64,000 nt of DNA, taken from NCBI GenBank assembly GCA_033762835.1, contig JANRLG010000029.1, positions 12,795 through 76,794 on the forward strand. The letters run 5' to 3'. The DNA is from Thermoanaerobaculia bacterium. GTDB taxonomy: Bacteria; Acidobacteriota; Thermoanaerobaculia; Multivoradales; DATKCC01. Positions 31,905-40,783 of this stretch are shown in pieces. The position numbers and the translations under genes are program-made. The notes beneath the pieces were generated by a model that saw nothing but the letters and a program-made list of their open reading frames with translations, did not search any database and was not told where the DNA came from. Numbering within the stretch: the stretch's first letter is position 1; each line of letters starts with the position of its first letter.

Positions 31905-32093
31905 GTGAAAGCACCCGTAGGATTCACCATCCACCGAGAAACCGTTCGGATTCTCAACGAAGCTGAAGCGGACCGAACCCGGGGCGACAAAGCCCCACCG
32001 CAAGCTTTCCACATCAGCGAGTGGTGCACTGGAGCTCCGCTGACGGGAACCTGCACGGACTATTGCGTCGACAAACACAGCATCTGGCGGTGA
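31905..32093 (+). CDS. candidate class I lanthipeptide precursor (LanA-like): leader plus C-terminal core CTGAPLTGTCTDYCVDKHSIWR
   Basis: 62-aa ORF. GGAGG SD 6 nt before the GTG. It is 33 nt upstream of lanC. The last 22 aa contain 3 Cys, 5 Thr and 1 Ser. Confidence 0.35.
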   Translation: MKAPVGFTIHRETVRILNEAEADRTRGDKAPPQAFHISEWCTGAPLTGTCTDYCVDKHSIWR

Positions 32094-32125
32094 AGTTAAG
32101 GCTTGTCAGCTGACAGGAGGCTCGG

Positions 32126-33445
32126 ATGACGATAAATAGGACCTCTACCGTCTGCTGGCAAGCCTTGGTCTGTGACGCGGATCGCCGGTCGGCAGCCTTG
32201 ACCGCCCTCGACGCGATCATCCAAGATCTTCAGGCAATGGAAGACCCATGGGGGTCGTTCCTTGGTCACGTCGATCTTGCCGATCAGGCTCGGGCGCGAA
32301 CGACCCTGCAGCACGGCGCGGCAGGGCTGCTACTTTTCGATCGTTATGTCGGGGCGAGTCGAGCCGACGCGCTGGAGCTCGAGCGAGCGCACCGTGACGC
32401 CTTGTTCCAGGCTTTGGCTCACGAACCACTGCCACCGTGGTTGTTCGATGGAGTGGCAGGACTCGGATGGGTATTGGCGCATCGTCTCCGAGCGGGTCAC
32501 GAAGAGAACTTAGATCTGGCCGAGTTGGACGATCTGCTGCTCACTTACCTTTCTAAGGCTGGAGAGAGCATTCCGTTCGAGCTGATCGCGGGACGGGTTG
32601 GCCTCGGTCTCTACTTCCTCGAACGTCTCCCTGTGGCCAAGGCACGGGAAGGCGCCGAGGCAATCGTCGCGTCTCTCGAGCGGTCGGTCGAGTCTCGTCC
32701 GGATGGGCTCACGTGGCGCACCGTCGCTGATTGGATGGAACCAAAGGCGGCCCGAGTTCTTTCCCAGGGATTGTGGAACCTCGGCGTATCCCACGGTGTC
32801 CCGGGCGTCATCGGCTTCCTGGCGCGTTGCGCAGAGGAGAAGATCTCTAGTCCGGAGTGCCGTCGGCTGCTTGCAGGAGCAATTCCCTGGCTTCTCGGGC
32901 AGCGCAACCCTCCCGACGCGGCAAGGGCGTTCCCCTTTTTCTCCAGCGACGGCGGACGCTCGGAGGAAACCCGCCTTGGTTGGTGTTACGGCGAAGTCGG
33001 CATCGCCGCTGTTCTGATTCGGGCTGGGACGGCGATAGGAGTCGACGAGTGGGTAAGCGAAGGTCTTGACCTGGCCTTGAGGGCGGCTGCCGCGAGCTTC
33101 GAGCATGCGTTCGTCGATGAACCATCGCTGTGCCATGGCGCCGCAGGTTTGCTTCATTCCTTCAATCGAATGGGGCAGGCTTTGAATGAGCCGCGCCTTC
33201 TCGACGCGGGTAGACGGTGGTTTGATCACACGCTCGACTTTTTCCGACCCGGGAAGGGGCTGGGAGGGTTTGATTACCTGCACGCTTATTCTAGGACCGA
33301 GCGGTTCAGCGTGCCGGGTCTCCTGATCGGATCGGCTGGCGTGGGGCTCGCTTTGCACGCGGCGATTCAGGGAGAAGTGGAACCGAACTGGGACCGTGTC
33401 TTCCTTCTCGACCTACCATTGAGCCGCAGGGGGCAGCAACCATGA
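32126..33445 (+). CDS. lanC: lanthipeptide cyclase LanC
   Basis: SHGVPG, WCYGEVG and CHGAAG zinc-ligand motifs of LanC-like proteins. AGGAGG SD upstream. Confidence 0.8.
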   Translation: MTINRTSTVCWQALVCDADRRSAALTALDAIIQDLQAMEDPWGSFLGHVDLADQARARTTLQHGAAGLLLFDRYVGASRADALELERAHRDALFQALAHEPLPPWLFDGVAGLGWVLAHRLRAGHEENLDLAELDDLLLTYLSKAGESIPFELIAGRVGLGLYFLERLPVAKAREGAEAIVASLERSVESRPDGLTWRTVADWMEPKAARVLSQGLWNLGVSHGVPGVIGFLARCAEEKISSPECRRLLAGAIPWLLGQRNPPDAARAFPFFSSDGGRSEETRLGWCYGEVGIAAVLIRAGTAIGVDEWVSEGLDLALRAAAASFEHAFVDEPSLCHGAAGLLHSFNRMGQALNEPRLLDAGRRWFDHTLDFFRPGKGLGGFDYLHAYSRTERFSVPGLLIGSAGVGLALHAAIQGEVEPNWDRVFLLDLPLSRRGQQP

Positions 33446-36400
33446 AGGTTGGCTTCGGAATTGAGCCCGTTGGTTTCGCTTGGCTGCGAGCGGCACAGTC
33501 ACCTATCAGCGACTTGAGCACGAGCCCCTCGTCGGCCAGGAGCGAGCTGGCAAACGAATTCTTGGAAGCGGTCTGGCTGGCAACTCCGGAATTCGTCGAG
33601 TCTTTGCCGAGCGAGCTGACGGAGAAGCAACTCCGAACCCTGCGGCGATACTGGCTCAGGATGGCGGGACGACCGACACCCTTCGGCCTCTTCGCAACAG
33701 GCTCCCTGGTGGTCGTGGCTGCTGAGGGACACCCTCAGCCTCAAGTCCGATTCGAGTTGGAGCCGACCATGTCTCGCCGATCGGTGCTCGATTGGGGCGT
33801 CATGCATCGATTGGCAGCTCTCTGGAGGAAAAGCCTGGGAACAAAGGCGCGGTTCCAAACGACCGGGGCACTCTGGAAGTCTGCGAAGCGGCTTCACTAT
33901 CTGCGCGCCGAGAAGACCACGGATGCAGCCACTGCGTTTGTCGCAACAACCTCCCAGAGCAGCCGTCCCCTCGTCGAAGCACTGCGCTTAGCTCGTGAGC
34001 CCGGAGGAGTGTCACTCGAGGCGCTCGGTGAGCTCCTCAAGAAACGGTTCCCAGGCGTAGAGGACGCGCAGATCGCTGGCTTCTTAGACGAGCTTGTCGC
34101 CGAGGGCCTCCTTCTCCCGGTTCTGGAGCCGTGTGTCATCGGCGAAGACGTGCTCGCAGAGCTGTACGCGGAGGCCGTAGAGTCGGGCGCTCAGTTCCGC
34201 GATCTCCTGCGCTTTGGAAGACTTTGCGAGCGCCTCGGCCGTCTCGACCAGCCTGGGGACACTTTCGGCGCAGCACGGTGCCTTCGTCGGGCTCTTATCC
34301 GATCAAAGTTGGTCGATGAAGGCAGCCCGGTCTTCAACGTCTCCGCATACCGCGGTGTTCGTGAGGGAGCCCTGAGCCAGGAAGTCGCCGCGGAAATCGG
34401 TCGCGGCCTCGAGCTCTTGGCGAGCTTGGCTCCGAACTCGAACCCGCCTGCACTCGAGGCTTTCCGGGAGGCTGCTGAGCGGCGTTACGGATTAACCTCC
34501 ATTCCGCTCCTCGAGCTGCTCGACGAGCGTCTCGGGTTGGGCCGCGAGTGGCGCCGATTCTTGAAGAACGAAAGCACCGCGGTTACCGTCTCCACGGATA
34601 GCTTGAGCCTCCCCTTCGAGGCGGTTTCTCGGAGCAGGGAGGAGTGGATACTACGAGATGAGGACGTCGCGCCGTTCCTCGAACGCGGAGCACAGCGTGC
34701 CACCTCACTGCGTTCGCTTGCGGCGGTCGTCACCCTTGGCGAAGCCGATAACTCCGAGTCCATCGTCGTTCTTCACGGTGGCTATGGCCCCTCGGCGGCG
34801 ACGTTGCTCGGCCGCTTCTGTGTAGGGCACACCGAGTTGCAAGAACGCGTCCGCGATCTCGCGGAGCGGGAGCAGCTCTCGTGCGATCCGTCGCTCTGGC
34901 TTGCCGAAATCTCGCATCTGCCAGCAATTCGGGCCGGAAACGTCCTTCATCGACCCACTCTGAGGAAGTTTCAAGTGCCCGTTCTGGCGCCGTCGGCACC
35001 AAGGGGAGCGGTTTGTCTTGCCCTCGAAGATCTCTGGGTTCGTTCGGACGGTACGAAGCTACGGCTCTATTCTCGACAAACTCGCCGTGAAGTCGAGCCT
35101 TCGTCTCTCAACGCGCACAATTTCCGCTTTCAAGGCAACCTCTCAATCTACCAGTTCCTATCTCTGCTTCCATTGCAGGGCACTCCTCAGCCCCTGCGCT
35201 GGAGCTGGGGCCGTGCGTTCGAGCGGGCGGTCTTTCTGCCTCGAGTGCGATGGGGCCGACTCATACTCAGTCGAGCTCGCTGGCACCTCGATCGTTCGCG
35301 AGTTCGTGCCGAGGCCCTTGAGGCCTGGATCGATCAAAATGCGGTCCCGCGGTTTATTGGCCTCATCACTGGCGAGGACGAAATCGCGCTTGACCTTCGT
35401 TCGAACGCCGGCATGGAAATGCTGCACGAAGAGTCTCGCAGGAGGGAACGGGTCGCTCTGGCAGAGATCTTGCCCTTGCCAAACGAACTTGCGGTCCGGG
35501 ATGAGCGAGGGCGCTATTGTCACGAACTCATCGTGCCCTTTCTGAGCTCAGGTTCACCACCCAAGGCTTCGAGTCAGAAGCTTCCGCCGATCGCGCGCCG
35601 CCCGTCCCGGAGACGACACTCCGACCGTTGGCTCTACTTGCGGCTCTACGCGCCTGACCAAGAGCTCGACGAGATTCTCCTCCAGTGCATTTACCCGACG
35701 ATCGCCAAATTAAAACGGGACAGCCAGCTGGAGAAATGGTACTTCTTGCGTTACTCCGACCCGGACCATCACGTTCGCCTCCGAATACTGCCTGCCGCCA
35801 AGATTTCTCCGGAGGATCTGCTGGGGATCGTGGGTCACGAGATCGGTCCTTTTCTGAAGTGCAGAGCCCTCCACCGGCTCGAGTGGGCTGCCCATGAAGT
35901 CGAAGACCATCGCTACGGTCCACCTTCGACGCTCGCGATCGTCGAAGAGGTCTTCACCAGCGACAGCGAGTGGGTGCTCGAGTTGATCCAGTGTTTGAGA
36001 CGGGACCGGCTCGAGAAGAACCGAGCAGATTGGATGGTCTACAACCTCGACCGCTGGTTCGAAATCCTTAGCTGGCCGATCGGACTTAGAAGCGAGCTGT
36101 TGTCTTCACTCCGCGCGGCGTCGGCGGAAGCGCACCCGGCGGCCTTTCCAGAACGTTCTACGCGCGCTGCGCTCTTTCGGACTCGGAGGGAAGGGCTCGA
36201 GACGCTCTTGAGCGACGCCTCCGGCAGTGTACCGGCCGTTGTCCTGCGCGCCAACCAACAGCGGGCTTGGCGGCTCCGCCCGCTGCTCTCAAGTCTTCGT
36301 CAAACGAGGACTTTCCGGGGCCGGGAGGCCTTCGTCAAGTTGGTGGGCAGCCTGCTCCATCTCAGCACGAACCGCCTTCAAGCCTGGCCAGACCGAGGCG

Positions 36401-36501
36401 GCGAAGCGGTCGCCCTAGACTTCTTGGAGCGCATCTACCTTTCGCGAGCCGCTCGCGCGCGCCTGGTCCCTGGTTGGAGCCCGAGAGAACAGCGTCGGTA
36501 G
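33442..36501 (+). CDS. lanB: class I lanthipeptide dehydratase LanB (glutamylation plus elimination domains)
   Basis: 1019 aa. N-terminus RRYWLRMAGRPTPFGLFA matches the lantibiotic-dehydratase N-domain. KWYFLRYSDPDHHVRLRI matches the SpaB_C (thiopeptide-type) elimination domain. ATGA overlap with lanC. Confidence 0.8.
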   Translation: MKVGFGIEPVGFAWLRAAQSPISDLSTSPSSARSELANEFLEAVWLATPEFVESLPSELTEKQLRTLRRYWLRMAGRPTPFGLFATGSLVVVAAEGHPQPQVRFELEPTMSRRSVLDWGVMHRLAALWRKSLGTKARFQTTGALWKSAKRLHYLRAEKTTDAATAFVATTSQSSRPLVEALRLAREPGGVSLEALGELLKKRFPGVEDAQIAGFLDELVAEGLLLPVLEPCVIGEDVLAELYAEAVESGAQFRDLLRFGRLCERLGRLDQPGDTFGAARCLRRALIRSKLVDEGSPVFNVSAYRGVREGALSQEVAAEIGRGLELLASLAPNSNPPALEAFREAAERRYGLTSIPLLELLDERLGLGREWRRFLKNESTAVTVSTDSLSLPFEAVSRSREEWILRDEDVAPFLERGAQRATSLRSLAAVVTLGEADNSESIVVLHGGYGPSAATLLGRFCVGHTELQERVRDLAEREQLSCDPSLWLAEISHLPAIRAGNVLHRPTLRKFQVPVLAPSAPRGAVCLALEDLWVRSDGTKLRLYSRQTRREVEPSSLNAHNFRFQGNLSIYQFLSLLPLQGTPQPLRWSWGRAFERAVFLPRVRWGRLILSRARWHLDRSRVRAEALEAWIDQNAVPRFIGLITGEDEIALDLRSNAGMEMLHEESRRRERVALAEILPLPNELAVRDERGRYCHELIVPFLSSGSPPKASSQKLPPIARRPSRRRHSDRWLYLRLYAPDQELDEILLQCIYPTIAKLKRDSQLEKWYFLRYSDPDHHVRLRILPAAKISPEDLLGIVGHEIGPFLKCRALHRLEWAAHEVEDHRYGPPSTLAIVEEVFTSDSEWVLELIQCLRRDRLEKNRADWMVYNLDRWFEILSWPIGLRSELLSSLRAASAEAHPAAFPERSTRAALFRTRREGLETLLSDASGSVPAVVLRANQQRAWRLRPLLSSLRQTRTFRGREAFVKLVGSLLHLSTNRLQAWPDRGGEAVALDFLERIYLSRAARARLVPGWSPREQRR

Positions 36502-36548
36502 CTAGTTGATTGAAATGCTAGATTAGGGCCGGTGCCGAGTGTTGGCCC

Positions 36549-37625
36549 TTGAGGTCGAGAATGAAGACTGCTTACCCCCGGATGGTCGTGACAAGCCTCG
36601 TCGGCTTCTCATTGATATCGGGCCTCGGATGTTCCAAAGCCAATCCGGCGGTAGCGCATGAGCTTACCGCTCGGGTCGAAAGCGTCGCTATCCAGGATTC
36701 CGTGCTGTCTCCTGGACGGGTCGTCGCGGATGTCGGTGGACAAGTTCGCGTCGGCCCACGGATCTCCGGTCGCTTGAAGAGGCTCCTCGTCAAGGAAGGC
36801 GACTTCGTTCGAGTCGGCCAGCTCGTTGCTGAGCTGGACGACGACGAACTGAGGAGCCGTCTCGCCGAGGCATCCGCGGCCAGGACAGAAGCCGAGATCT
36901 CCGTTGAGGGTGGCCGAGCGCGATCCGAGCGACGCCGTCGCCTCGCCGCGGAAGGGCTGCTTTCTCAGGACGAAGCCGAGGCCGCTCGTATCGAGTGGGA
37001 GCGTTCGAAAGCGGCTCTTCTTCGCCTTGAAGGGGCAGAGAATCGAGCGAGGGTCGAGCTCGGTTACTCCAAGCTCACGGCTCCCATCACCGGAGTCGTC
37101 ACCCGCGTCGCCACACAAGAGGGAGAGACCGTAGCATCGAGCTTCGAGACGCCAACGTTTCTTACGATCTTGGATCCGAACCTTTTGGTTGTTGAAGCGC
37201 TGGTCGACGAAGCCGACATCCGACGCATAGCCGTTGGCCAGAAAGCGCAAGTGACGTTCGATGCTCTTCTTGGCGAGACTTGGAGTGGACGCGTTCGAAC
37301 CGTGAGCCGCGAGCCGACTGAAGCAACGGGTCCAGTGCGCTTTGCAGTGGTTCTCGATCTCGAGGGCGGATCTCGCTCCGAGTTGCGACCACGATTGACG
37401 GCTACCGTCGAGTTTCAACAGGGACATGGTCGATCCCAGCTAGTTGTCCCCGCAATGGCTCTGCGACAGGATGGCTCGGGCTTCTACGTCCTCGTGCGCA
37501 GAGCCGAGGGTTCGCTGGAGCGCCGCGCTGTGCTTCCAGGTCCTGAGCAGGGAGGTCGGGTCTCGGTCTCCGGAGAGATCCAGGAGAATGAGATCGTCAT
37601 CCTTGTGCCGCCTAGAAAGGAATGA
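36549..37625 (+). CDS. HlyD/MacA-family periplasmic adaptor lipoprotein
   Basis: Lipobox LISGLGC; biotinyl-lipoyl-like and beta-barrel regions. Confidence 0.8.
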   Translation: MRSRMKTAYPRMVVTSLVGFSLISGLGCSKANPAVAHELTARVESVAIQDSVLSPGRVVADVGGQVRVGPRISGRLKRLLVKEGDFVRVGQLVAELDDDELRSRLAEASAARTEAEISVEGGRARSERRRRLAAEGLLSQDEAEAARIEWERSKAALLRLEGAENRARVELGYSKLTAPITGVVTRVATQEGETVASSFETPTFLTILDPNLLVVEALVDEADIRRIAVGQKAQVTFDALLGETWSGRVRTVSREPTEATGPVRFAVVLDLEGGSRSELRPRLTATVEFQQGHGRSQLVVPAMALRQDGSGFYVLVRRAEGSLERRAVLPGPEQGGRVSVSGEIQENEIVILVPPRKE

Positions 37626-37629
37626 AGCG

Positions 37630-38301
37630 TTGATCCAGCTCGAAGCGATCTCGCGTTCAGTGCCGACAGGAAGTGGCGCGCTTTCGATCTTGAAAGGAGT
37701 GAGCTTGGAGATCGAGGCCGGGGATTACGTGGCGATCATGGGTCCCTCGGGAAGTGGCAAGAGTACCTTGTTGAACATTCTCGGGCTTCTCGATGTGCCC
37801 ACGAACGGCCGTTACCTGCTCGAGGGACAAGACATCGCCAAGGAAACAGACGCACGTCGCAGCCGTCGCCGAAACCAAACCTTCGGTTTCGTCTTCCAGC
37901 TGTTTCACTTGTTGCCGCGGTTGACGGTTCGAGAGAACGTCCTCTTGCCTCGTCTGTATGGTCGCGAAGAGCTCGATGACATCGAGGAACGGGCGGATGT
38001 CTTGATTCGGCGCCTGGGACTAGAAGCTCGTCGGCGCTCGTTTCCCGGCGTCCTCTCCGGTGGAGAACGCCAACGTGTCGCCATTGCCCGAGCGCTGCTC
38101 AACGAACCCCGAATTCTCCTCGCTGACGAGCCCACTGGGAACCTGGATCAAGCGGCGGGACGAGAAGTGCTCGACATTTTTCGAGAACTCTCGCGAGAAG
38201 GGCAAACCTTGGTCGTCGTGACCCACGATTCGAACGTGGCGGCTGAGGCCCAGCGCGTGCTTTCCATGTCCGATGGGAGGCTCACCGAATGTCAGCCGTG
38301 A
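37630..38301 (+). CDS. MacB/LolD-type ABC transporter ATP-binding protein
   Basis: GPSGSGKST Walker A, LSGGERQR signature, LLADEPTGNLD Walker B. TTG start placed after the AAGGA. Confidence 0.8.
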   Translation: MIQLEAISRSVPTGSGALSILKGVSLEIEAGDYVAIMGPSGSGKSTLLNILGLLDVPTNGRYLLEGQDIAKETDARRSRRRNQTFGFVFQLFHLLPRLTVRENVLLPRLYGREELDDIEERADVLIRRLGLEARRRSFPGVLSGGERQRVAIARALLNEPRILLADEPTGNLDQAAGREVLDIFRELSREGQTLVVVTHDSNVAAEAQRVLSMSDGRLTECQP

Positions 38302-39539
38302 CGATGCTAGCTCGTCGCCTTCGGCACGTAGTGCGAACCGCCAGCGGCTTTCGGATTCGATCCTTGTTGTTGGTTTTGGTTCTGACCTTGTCGAGCCTTT
38401 GCCTGGCGGCGGTCGCGGGCCTTCATCGCGGTCTCGCAGCACAAACGACGAGGCTGATCGAATCGGTGGGCAGCGATTGCTACCGAGTCTCTTCGCAGTC
38501 TAGGTGGTCTCGCTCGCAAAGCGGTGTCCGGATTTCCGACGACAGCCTGGACCTGGAGGATCTGAGAGCACTCGAGATCGAGCTCGGGGACCGTTTCCGA
38601 TTCGCTCCCTACACAGGGGGCCAGGCGGTGGATCTCGCTCTCGGTGATCGCCGAATCGAGGCCGACCTACTCGGAATCGGCAACGAGTATCTTGCGCTGA
38701 GGGCTTGGCGTCTGGAGCACGGAAATTCCTTCCGCGAGTCCGAATCCGAAGCCCAGGAACTCGTCGTAATCCTCGGCGCCAGCGTCGCAAGGGAGCTGGG
38801 TGGAGAGGGTCTCATCGGACAAATCATCCGTGTCGCCGACGCTCCGTTTCGAGTCACCGGGGTCCTGGCAGCGAAAGGAGCCGGCGTTCTCGGCGAGGAT
38901 CAGGATCGACGCGTCTTTGTACCTCTGGACGTCGCGGCGAAACGGGTTTTCTCTTCCAGTGGCCTGCGAGGCTTCCTGGCGGTGCCCAGGGATACTCTCT
39001 CGAGTGAGAGCGTCACGGAGTTGCTCACTCGAGGCCTCGAAAGACGCGGTCACCACCTCTCGGGTCCAAATCAGGATGCCTACCTAACTGGTCCCGATTG
39101 GCTGCGCGCGCGATATCGCGGCTCATTCTCGGCCGTCCTTCGCGCTGGAGAAATTCTCCTTCTTTGCGTTGGCTTGATCGCCGCGGTGGTCGTATGTGCC
39201 GGCTTCTACTTTGCGGTTGCGGAGCGCTCCACCGAGATCGGTTTGAAACGAGCTCTCGGGGGAACACGCCTCGCCATTGCGTCGGAAGTGCTTCTCGAGT
39301 CCGCAATCCTGGGCTGTTTGGGAACGGTCCTGGGCTCGGGCTTAGCCTGGGTGGGAAGTCGTATCGTCAGCTCGACCTCAGAGATCGCTCCTGGGTTTTC
39401 TCGTTATCCGATTGCCGTGACTCCAGGTGTGGCGCTGCTGGTCGGAGGGGGCACGCTTCTCTTGGCGTTGACCGCCGCGCTTCCGCCGGCTTGGCGCGCA
39501 GCGTCCAGCCGTCCCGCCGATAGCCTGCGGTCCGAATGA
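38289..39539 (+). CDS. ABC transporter permease, FtsX/MacB family
   Basis: N-terminal TM, periplasmic domain, C-terminal FtsX 3-TM region. Overlaps the ATPase stop. Confidence 0.75.
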   Translation: MSAVTMLARRLRHVVRTASGFRIRSLLLVLVLTLSSLCLAAVAGLHRGLAAQTTRLIESVGSDCYRVSSQSRWSRSQSGVRISDDSLDLEDLRALEIELGDRFRFAPYTGGQAVDLALGDRRIEADLLGIGNEYLALRAWRLEHGNSFRESESEAQELVVILGASVARELGGEGLIGQIIRVADAPFRVTGVLAAKGAGVLGEDQDRRVFVPLDVAAKRVFSSSGLRGFLAVPRDTLSSESVTELLTRGLERRGHHLSGPNQDAYLTGPDWLRARYRGSFSAVLRAGEILLLCVGLIAAVVVCAGFYFAVAERSTEIGLKRALGGTRLAIASEVLLESAILGCLGTVLGSGLAWVGSRIVSSTSEIAPGFSRYPIAVTPGVALLVGGGTLLLALTAALPPAWRAASSRPADSLRSE

Positions 39540-39550
39540 GTGGGCCCTAG

Positions 39551-40783
39551 GTGCCGACCTCCAGCCTAAGACGCCCCATCCCCTTCTTGCGCCGAAGTCT
39601 CCGGTTCTGTACGGCAGGAGCGCAGGATCTCTGGCGGGCTCGGTATCGTCTGGCCCTTCCAGCTTTGGCTCTAGTCATGGGGATCGTGGGGATGGGGATC
39701 AGTGGTGGGATCAGAGAAGAACTAGACGAAGCCTTCGAAGCAGAAGCACAACGATTGGGACCAGATACTGTCGCGATCTCCCGCGAGCCCACTCAGACTG
39801 GCGTCACTGGGACCCGTGGTTCTCGGCCCTTGCTGCTCGACCGCCGGTTTCTCGTCCGGGCTCGTACCTCTTTGTCATCGGACGCCTGCCAGATTTCGGG
39901 ACTGTCGAAGCGTACCTTGCCAGTCCGAGCCGAGGCGACTCGTGGCTCTCTCGATGTCATCGCACTCGAAGCCGACTGGTTGGTGCGTCGAGCGATCGTC
40001 CCCCAAGCCGGTCGCCTTCTCTCTCAGGCCGATGACGTGCGACGGGCTAAGGTGGCCGTGCTCACCGTGAGCGCGGCATCCCGCCTGCTTGGAGCAGCCC
40101 CTGCGGTTGGCCGTCGTTTACACGTCGCCGATGTTCCTTTTGAGGTCGTTGGAGTTGTACCGGACTTGCCGAGCCTAGCGAGTGCCGATTCCCTGGAGGC
40201 CATTCTCATCCCGCTCACCGTCGGACCCGCCAGCCTTTGGCCCGATACCGAACTCACCGTCGTGCACCTCGACTGTATCGAGCCCTTGCGATCTGTCTTC
40301 GCCCGAGACTTCATCGCACTCTGGGAATCCCAGCGCCCCCGGGACTCGCTCAAAGTTCATTCGCCGCTCGAAGTCTTGCAACTCGCACAGGAAAGAGACC
40401 GCGCAACTGCCCGGGTCTTTGGGCTAAGCAGTTGGTTCTTGATGGGTCTCGGAGCACTCGGGGTTTTAGCCCTTCAGCTTTTGGTCATGCGAAGGCAGCG
40501 CGCAGAGGTCGGAGTACGTCGTGCGGTGGGAGCCAGTCGAGCGGCCATTCTAAGTCAGTTCTTGCTAGAGGCGTTCGGTTTAGTCTTGCTCTGTTCCTCG
40601 CTCGGGTTCCTCGCTGGCTGGTTCATAGAATTGAGTGTGCTCGGAGATCCGGAAGGACTCGCTTGGTCTTGGCAAGAGGCCTTCAATGGCGCAGTCACTG
40701 GAGGAATTTTCCTCCTCTTAGGAGCGCTGATACCAGCTTTCCTGGCCGCCTGGGTGGATCCCGTCGAAGCGCTCAGAAAATAG
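39551..40783 (+). CDS. second ABC transporter permease, FtsX/MacB family
   Basis: Same architecture as the preceding gene. Confidence 0.7.
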   Translation: MPTSSLRRPIPFLRRSLRFCTAGAQDLWRARYRLALPALALVMGIVGMGISGGIREELDEAFEAEAQRLGPDTVAISREPTQTGVTGTRGSRPLLLDRRFLVRARTSLSSDACQISGLSKRTLPVRAEATRGSLDVIALEADWLVRRAIVPQAGRLLSQADDVRRAKVAVLTVSAASRLLGAAPAVGRRLHVADVPFEVVGVVPDLPSLASADSLEAILIPLTVGPASLWPDTELTVVHLDCIEPLRSVFARDFIALWESQRPRDSLKVHSPLEVLQLAQERDRATARVFGLSSWFLMGLGALGVLALQLLVMRRQRAEVGVRRAVGASRAAILSQFLLEAFGLVLLCSSLGFLAGWFIELSVLGDPEGLAWSWQEAFNGAVTGGIFLLLGALIPAFLAAWVDPVEALRK

